This document shows, piece after piece, positions 58,937 through 64,000 of a stretch of DNA of 64,000 nt; the stretch's first letter is position 1; each line of letters starts with the position of its first letter. Source of the stretch: Candidatus Liptonbacteria bacterium (lineage in GTDB: Bacteria > Patescibacteriota > Minisyncoccia > UBA6257 > 2-01-FULL-56-20). The notes under the pieces were generated by a model that saw only the letters and a program-made list of their open reading frames with translations, was not told the origin of the DNA and ran no database searches. Made by a program: the position numbers and the translations under genes. The stretch covers positions 541-64,540 of the forward strand of contig JACQKU010000011.1 in the NCBI GenBank assembly GCA_016204335.1. Reading direction: 5' to 3'.

Positions 58937-59234
58937 TTCGCGTTCGTAAATTTCTCACAGATTCAATTGAGAAGATTATATCATATTAAAAAAGAGGTTG
59001 GTTGTGGATAACTCCGCTTCGGTTTTCGTTTTGCCAGGCGCGGCCTCTGCCTCCCTGCAGGCAGGCAGAGCTCCGGCGGCGAGGCGGCCTGTATCCCTGC
59101 CTGCCGGCAGGCAGGTCGGCGAGCAAATCGCCTGCGGCGATATCAAGCTTGCTCCCCTCCGATAACGCCCGGCAAAACGAAAACCTGCGCTATTGGCGGA
59201 CAAACTTCTGAGCTTACAAGATAATTATATATTG

Positions 59235-60002
59235 TTACACAAAATCGTCAGGCGGTTCAACTTCGAGCTTAAAGCGCCGGCCTTCTTCGGTGGAAAACTC
59301 CAAAGAACCGGCATGGAGCATCAGGCGTTTGGCAAAGGCAGGCCTGCCCGCCGAAGCATTTGTGAAGGCGGGCTGGTTTTTGGAACCATAGAGCATGTCT
59401 CCGACAACAGGATGTCCGATGGACGCGAGATGCACCCTGATTTGATGTGTTCGTCCGGTTTCAGGAAAAACTTCGAGAAGAGAAAAAATTTCTCCGTCCG
59501 TGTCTTTCAAGGTTTTTTTCACGGCATACCGCGTAATCGCCTGTTTTGCCGTTTTCCCTGAAAACGTGGTTCTTTTCACGGAATTTTTCTTCCTTCTGAT
59601 TTCCTTGTCAATCACGCCGGTTTTTTCTTTAAATTCTCCGTGAACGAGTGCGATGTAGGTTTTTTTAATCTGCCGCTTTTTAAAAAGCGACTTCAGATAT
59701 TCGAAGGAATTCTGGTTTTTTGCGGCAAGCAGAATTCCGGAGGTTTCTCTGTCCAGCCGATGGACAATGCCGGGTCGAATTTCCGGTTCATCGCCGACGT
59801 TCTTCATCTCCGGATATTTTTTCAAAAGCCAGTCGGTCAAAATCGCGGACTCACGCGGACTAGGCGCGGAACTGCGCTGAAAATTGTCTGCGTCTGTCTG
59901 CGTTCTGTCTGCGTTTGTCCGCGCCGGATGCGTCAGCATTCCCGCTGGCTTATAAACCGCAGCGAAGTTTTCATCCTCATAAATAATCTTCGGTTCTTCC
60001 AT
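59235..60002 (-). CDS. RluA-family 23S rRNA/tRNA pseudouridine synthase
   Basis: HRLDRETSGILLAAKN catalytic-Asp motif; start placed at MEEPKIIYEDENF to match family N-terminus and avoid overlap with rseP; upstream in-frame extension contains 10-11 bp tandem repeats. Confidence 0.8.
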   Translation of the reverse strand: MEEPKIIYEDENFAAVYKPAGMLTHPARTNADRTQTDADNFQRSSAPSPRESAILTDWLLKKYPEMKNVGDEPEIRPGIVHRLDRETSGILLAAKNQNSFEYLKSLFKKRQIKKTYIALVHGEFKEKTGVIDKEIRRKKNSVKRTTFSGKTAKQAITRYAVKKTLKDTDGEIFSLLEVFPETGRTHQIRVHLASIGHPVVGDMLYGSKNQPAFTNASAGRPAFAKRLMLHAGSLEFSTEEGRRFKLEVEPPDDFV

Positions 60003-60058
60003 AATAACTGCTTTATCGGCGCGTATCCGCGTTTCATCAGCGTTAATCCGCGTATTGT

Positions 60059-61108
60059 TCAGAACCATTGAGCGATGTCGCGGATGGTGACAAATGCCAT
60101 CAAAACGAGAAGAAGAACGAAGCCGAAGCGATTGGCCCACGCCTGAAACTTGAACGGAATCGGCGAACCCTTGATTTTCTCCGCCAAAATCAGAAATAAT
60201 CTTCCACCGTCAAGCGCCGGAAACGGAATTAAATTAATAACCGCCAGATTAATAGAGATGAGCCCGATGAGCTGTACGAGATACACCATTCCGATTTTTC
60301 CGGTTTCTTGGGCAACGGAAAAAATGCCGATTGGCCCGACCACGCCGGTCAAAAGCGAACCGTGGAGTAAAAGATTTTTCATAAGCGCGTAAAATGTGAA
60401 AAAGATTGCGCCGGAAGCATATACTGCCTGCTTGAATCCTTCCGCGAAAGATTTTAGAACGCCAAGACGCTCAACTCCGGATTCTGAAAGAAGAACGCCG
60501 AGAGCGCCTTCGTTCGGAGCAATATCGGTTCTGGGAACTACGTTAAAATTTAAATTTTCCGAACCGCGCCTGATTTCAATAATTATGGGCTGGCCGCGGC
60601 GCTGATTCACAAAGTCAATAAACCCTTTTGCCGCGGTATAATTCTTGATTATATCCCCAGCCATAATGCCGGCTTTTTCCGCCGGAGAATTATTCTGAAT
60701 TCCGCCTACGACAAGAAGCGGCGCGCTGCCCGCCATAAACACGAACGATATCAGCAACCAGCCGATTAAAAAATTGACCGCTACGCCGGCGGCGATTACC
60801 AAAAACCGTTTCCAGGCCGGCTGAAAAAAGAAATAGCGATTCTTCTCGCTTGACGGGAGCGATTCCAGCTTGACGAACTCTCCGCTGGCGGAATCTTCTT
60901 CTCCGGCGATTTTCACGAATCCACCGAATGGTAGCCAGTTGAAACTGTATTCGACTTCGCCTTTTTTGCGCGCGAAGAGCCGCGGAGGAAACCCGAAACC
61001 GAACTCGTCAATCTTCAAACCGAATGCTTTCGCAACCCAAAAATGCCCCGCTTCGTGTCCGAGAATGAGAACCGCAAGACCTATGATGACGAAAATGAAT
61101 ATCAGCAT
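60059..61108 (-). CDS. rseP: Site-2 protease RseP (zinc metalloprotease with PDZ domain)
   Basis: HEAGHFWVA HExxH, PDZ region, LDGG motif. Confidence 0.85.
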   Translation of the reverse strand: MLIFIFVIIGLAVLILGHEAGHFWVAKAFGLKIDEFGFGFPPRLFARKKGEVEYSFNWLPFGGFVKIAGEEDSASGEFVKLESLPSSEKNRYFFFQPAWKRFLVIAAGVAVNFLIGWLLISFVFMAGSAPLLVVGGIQNNSPAEKAGIMAGDIIKNYTAAKGFIDFVNQRRGQPIIIEIRRGSENLNFNVVPRTDIAPNEGALGVLLSESGVERLGVLKSFAEGFKQAVYASGAIFFTFYALMKNLLLHGSLLTGVVGPIGIFSVAQETGKIGMVYLVQLIGLISINLAVINLIPFPALDGGRLFLILAEKIKGSPIPFKFQAWANRFGFVLLLVLMAFVTIRDIAQWF

Positions 61109-61261
61109 GCACGGTTGATTTTACATCAACGAATAACGAATCGCAAACGAATGAACGAATTCGTAAATTCTCCGCCAGAGGCGCCTGCCCGTCCGAAGTC
61201 GGACGCGGGCGGGGGTCCGCCTTCGGAGAAGAAATAAATTCACTATTCGCCGATTAATCGC

Positions 61262-61852
61262 TTACTGCTCAACTTCTTTTATTTTATCTTCGAGTATTGC
61301 TTCAATCTTCCGATTTGTTTCGTCAACCGTTTTCTGAATCTCCTCTTTAGCGTTGAAAAAACCGTCTTCGTTGATTTCTTTTTTTCCTTCGGCCGTTTTA
61401 AGCTCTTTGATTGCTTCGTCGCGCAAACTCCGTATTTGAATTTTCGCCGCTTCGGCTATTTTCCCCGCAAGTTTAATCAATTCCCGGCGCCGCTCATCGG
61501 TCAGCATCGGCAGAGAAACACGAATCAGATTGCCGTCGTTCGTAACGCTAAAACCGATTTTGGCGTCTTCAATAGCCTTCATAGCCGGATGAACCGCCTC
61601 CTTGTCCCAAACATGAATTTCAATCTCGCGCGGCGGTTTCACGCTCAGCGACCCCACTTGCCTGATTGCAAGCGTCTGACCATAGCAGTTAACTTTTATA
61701 TTTTCAAGTAGTTCAACCGACGGACGGTTTCCCCTGATTCCCCCGAATTCTTCTTTGAGCCGCTCGAGCCCCGTCTTCAGCGAGACATCAAATTCTTTTA
61801 TATTTTTTTCAATATTTTCCGGCATAGTAACAATAAACGGGTTAAACCTCAT
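61262..61852 (-). CDS. frr: Ribosome recycling factor
   Basis: 196 aa; VRVSLPMLTDERRRELIK pattern. Confidence 0.85.
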   Translation of the reverse strand: MRFNPFIVTMPENIEKNIKEFDVSLKTGLERLKEEFGGIRGNRPSVELLENIKVNCYGQTLAIRQVGSLSVKPPREIEIHVWDKEAVHPAMKAIEDAKIGFSVTNDGNLIRVSLPMLTDERRRELIKLAGKIAEAAKIQIRSLRDEAIKELKTAEGKKEINEDGFFNAKEEIQKTVDETNRKIEAILEDKIKEVEQ

Positions 61853-62693
61853 TTAACAAATTTTCAAGCTGAAGCCGGGGATTAAGATTCAAGTGGTCGG
61901 TATTCCGCCGTAAGTCAAGAATCTTGTGCCACAATTTGAGATTGATTTTTGCGGGAATTTCTTTATTTGAAAGAATCATCAAAAGGATTTCCAGAAATTC
62001 GCTAAGATTGAAATCATCCGGCTCTATAAGAGTTTTTATCATCTCGCGGCGCGCCCAAAACCCGGATTTGAGAAACGCTTCGCCGGATTTTCGCATCTCG
62101 CGAAACCGTCCGTCAAAAAGCATTTTCCAGGCAAGCCCCGGCTGGCCCGACGACAATTTTGCGATTGCTCCGGCTTCTTGCCCCTTGCCGAATTTTTCTT
62201 TGAGCCAATTCTCGATAAGCGCGGAATGAACCGGTGAAAAATAGATTTTCTGGAGCCGCGATTGAAGCGTCGGTAAAAGTTTTTCGGGGTCGCGGGCAAC
62301 GAGAATCAGAAGCGAGGATTCCGGCGGTTCTTCGGCGACTTTCAAAAGCGCGTTTTGCGCTTCCACGGTCATTGCTTCGACATCGTTGATAACGACCGTT
62401 CTTTTTTTGCTTACAACCGGCTTTTGCCACAAAAAATTCCTGATTCGGCGGATTTCGTCGATTCCGACGGTTCCTTCCTCATTCGGTTCGAGCAATAGCG
62501 AGTCACGGAGCATATTCGATTCTTCAAAATCTCCGGTTTCAAGAAAATTCGCGAAAGAAAGAGCGAAAAGCTTCTTGCCTGCGCGGGCGGGTCCGCAGAA
62601 AAGATACCCGTGCGAAAGTTCGTTTCTTTCGGCAAGACCTTTGAAATCTTCAACCAGTTGTTCGTGGCCGATTAACATAAATTCAAAAATCAA
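61842..62693 (-). CDS. holB: DNA polymerase III delta-prime subunit-like AAA+ protein
   Basis: LFCGPARAGKKLFALSFANFL P-loop-like, clamp-loader box, 283 aa. Confidence 0.7.
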   Translation of the reverse strand: MIFEFMLIGHEQLVEDFKGLAERNELSHGYLFCGPARAGKKLFALSFANFLETGDFEESNMLRDSLLLEPNEEGTVGIDEIRRIRNFLWQKPVVSKKRTVVINDVEAMTVEAQNALLKVAEEPPESSLLILVARDPEKLLPTLQSRLQKIYFSPVHSALIENWLKEKFGKGQEAGAIAKLSSGQPGLAWKMLFDGRFREMRKSGEAFLKSGFWARREMIKTLIEPDDFNLSEFLEILLMILSNKEIPAKINLKLWHKILDLRRNTDHLNLNPRLQLENLLNEV

Positions 62694-62798
62694 ATATCAA
62701 AAATAAAAATGACAAATCAAAATGTAAAAATGAATTTTATCGTTTGGGCTTTTTGCATTTTACATTTTCATTTTGCACTTTGATTTTTACAGTTTGAT
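62685..62798. repeat. AT-rich inverted-repeat intergenic element, family 2 (copy 3)
   Basis: aaaatcaaatatcaaaaataaaaatgacaaatcaaaatgtaaaaatg...cattttgcactttgatttttacagtttga; near-identical 5' arm to copy at 56149. Confidence 0.7.
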
Positions 62799-63806
62799 TT
62801 ATCTTTTGTTCAGTAATGTCTGCTTATATTTATCCAAATGCTCGAGAATCAGTCCGGTTCCTTTGGCGACGCAAAAAAGCGGATTTTCCGCGACATAGGT
62901 GGAAACGCCCAAAAACCTTTCGAAAAACTCCGGCAAGTAGTGAAGCTGGGCGCTGCCTCCCGAAAGAATGATTCCTTTTTCCATTATGTCGGCGACGAGT
63001 TCCGGCGGCGTGACATTGAACACGTTCTGCACCGAGCCGGCGATTTCTATCAGAAACGGATTGAGCGCTTCCGCTATTTCATTGCTGTTGATAACAAGGT
63101 CTTTCGGCAATCCGGTAATAAGATTCCGGCCGCGGAACTGGTATTCCATTTTTTCTTTAGAGGGCAGGGCGGCGCCGATTTCGATTTTTATGTGCTCGGC
63201 GGTTTGTTCTCCTATCGCAATCGAATATTTTTTCTTAACGTAATCGGCAATTGCCTGGTCGAATTTATTGCCGGCAACCCGCAAGCTCGTCCACGAAACA
63301 ATGTTGCCGAGCGCGATGACCGCCACTTCGGATGTGCCGCCGCCGATATTGATGACCATATGGCCGGAACGCGCGTTGATGGGAATGCCTGCGCCGAGCG
63401 CGGCTAGAACCGGTTCGCGGACAATGAACGCGTTCCGCGCGCCTCCTTCAAGGGTCGCGTTGACGACAGCGCGGCGCTCTGTCTGGGTAATGCCCGCAGG
63501 AACCGAAACAATCACATCCGGTTTGAAAATATTTAGGCGGCCGACCGCCTTTGCGATAAAATAAGTGAGAAGCGCTTTGGTGATATAGTAGTCCGCGATG
63601 ACGCCGTCTTTAAGCGGCCGGTACGCCATGATTTCTTCCGGCGTTCTGCCGATCATTTCCTTTGCTTCCACGCCGACCGCAAGCACCGAATTATGCGGTT
63701 TTCTAAGAGCCACAATGGTCGGCTCGTTGATGATAAACCCTTTGCCAGGCACGAACACCACTGTATTCGCCGTCCCCAAATCAATGCCGATTTTACGAGT
63801 GAGCAT
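62799..63806 (-). CDS. mreB: Rod shape-determining protein MreB
   Basis: IGIDLGTANTVVF, actin-fold phosphate loops. Confidence 0.9.
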   Translation of the reverse strand: MLTRKIGIDLGTANTVVFVPGKGFIINEPTIVALRKPHNSVLAVGVEAKEMIGRTPEEIMAYRPLKDGVIADYYITKALLTYFIAKAVGRLNIFKPDVIVSVPAGITQTERRAVVNATLEGGARNAFIVREPVLAALGAGIPINARSGHMVINIGGGTSEVAVIALGNIVSWTSLRVAGNKFDQAIADYVKKKYSIAIGEQTAEHIKIEIGAALPSKEKMEYQFRGRNLITGLPKDLVINSNEIAEALNPFLIEIAGSVQNVFNVTPPELVADIMEKGIILSGGSAQLHYLPEFFERFLGVSTYVAENPLFCVAKGTGLILEHLDKYKQTLLNKR

Positions 63807-64000
63807 TATGGGCAGTATAACTTAAAAACAGACTGTCTTGCAATCTCTTTTTGCGGCTCTTTGCGGTTTGAAAAAACTAAAGGAGCCGCGCATGACGACT
63901 CCCCGTTTGCTGTCGACTAAATTTTTCCTTTCCTTATTTCGGTGTTGTAAGAATATCCACCGACTCCTTTTTCTTGCAACAACTCGTAAACGCGTAGCGC

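Noticed and set aside
58976-59211. ORFs in GC-rich segment after pilA region
   Set aside because: Segment is dominated by GC-rich palindromes (CTGCCTCCCTGCAGGCAGGCAG; CCCTGCCTGCCGGCAGGCAGG); the translations are Arg/Ala/Pro low-complexity on both strands, so it is more likely a structured repeat than a gene.

Overview
The window is a 64 kb bacterial chromosomal segment of about 50% GC with no rRNA, tRNA or CRISPR genes. Most native genes lack strong Shine-Dalgarno sites; together with the four-helix-bundle IVS-type protein and the many small zinc-ribbon ORFs this suggests an uncultivated lineage, possibly Patescibacteria-like, but it encodes a near-complete de novo purine pathway. I cannot assign taxonomy from sequence alone.

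Recognisable content:
- a purine and nucleotide cluster (purA, guaB, purH, purM-like, purB, purC, purE, purQ and a PurS-PurS-PurL fusion), plus ahcY, a PfkB kinase, argH and an amidohydrolase;
- housekeeping genes: typA, a DEAD-box helicase, ftsZ, ftsA, ybeY, a Nudix hydrolase, yqeY, rpsU, a HIT protein, hisS, lepB, pth, rluA, rseP, frr, holB, mreB, rmuC, an Nramp/MntH transporter and an FKBP isomerase;
- a large type IV pilus locus (pilM/N, pilC, pilB, a major pilin, several minor pilins, a 1186-aa FN3/LamG adhesin and a secreted Trp-repeat protein);
- an MNT/HepT toxin-antitoxin pair whose HepT carries an in-frame TAG.

Most unusual features:
- A 30-34 bp perfect palindrome (core CATTCTAACATTCTGCAGAATGTTAGAATG, central PstI site) occurs at three loci. 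Two copies sit in frame inside purB and purL, both encoding HS(N/H)ILQNVRM, and the purB copy keeps the palindrome through compensatory substitutions. This resembles the Rickettsia palindromic elements that insert in frame into coding genes. A second GC-rich palindromic element is also inserted in frame in purL.
- A family of GCTATG...CATAGC palindromic operator-like sites includes two 41-bp identical copies flanking a TrpR/YerC-like regulator whose RBS and start codon are triplicated.
- Degenerate duplicates of the typA 5' end lie next to a 12-21 bp tandem repeat array.
- Two higher-GC islands (about 3.2-3.74 kb and 22.3-24.7 kb) carry small Cys-rich ORFs, and the second has strong AGGAGG ribosome-binding sites unlike native genes.
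- Several AT-rich and GC-rich intergenic repeat families are dispersed through the window.
- A 593-aa protein with at least six zinc ribbons lies within the purine cluster.
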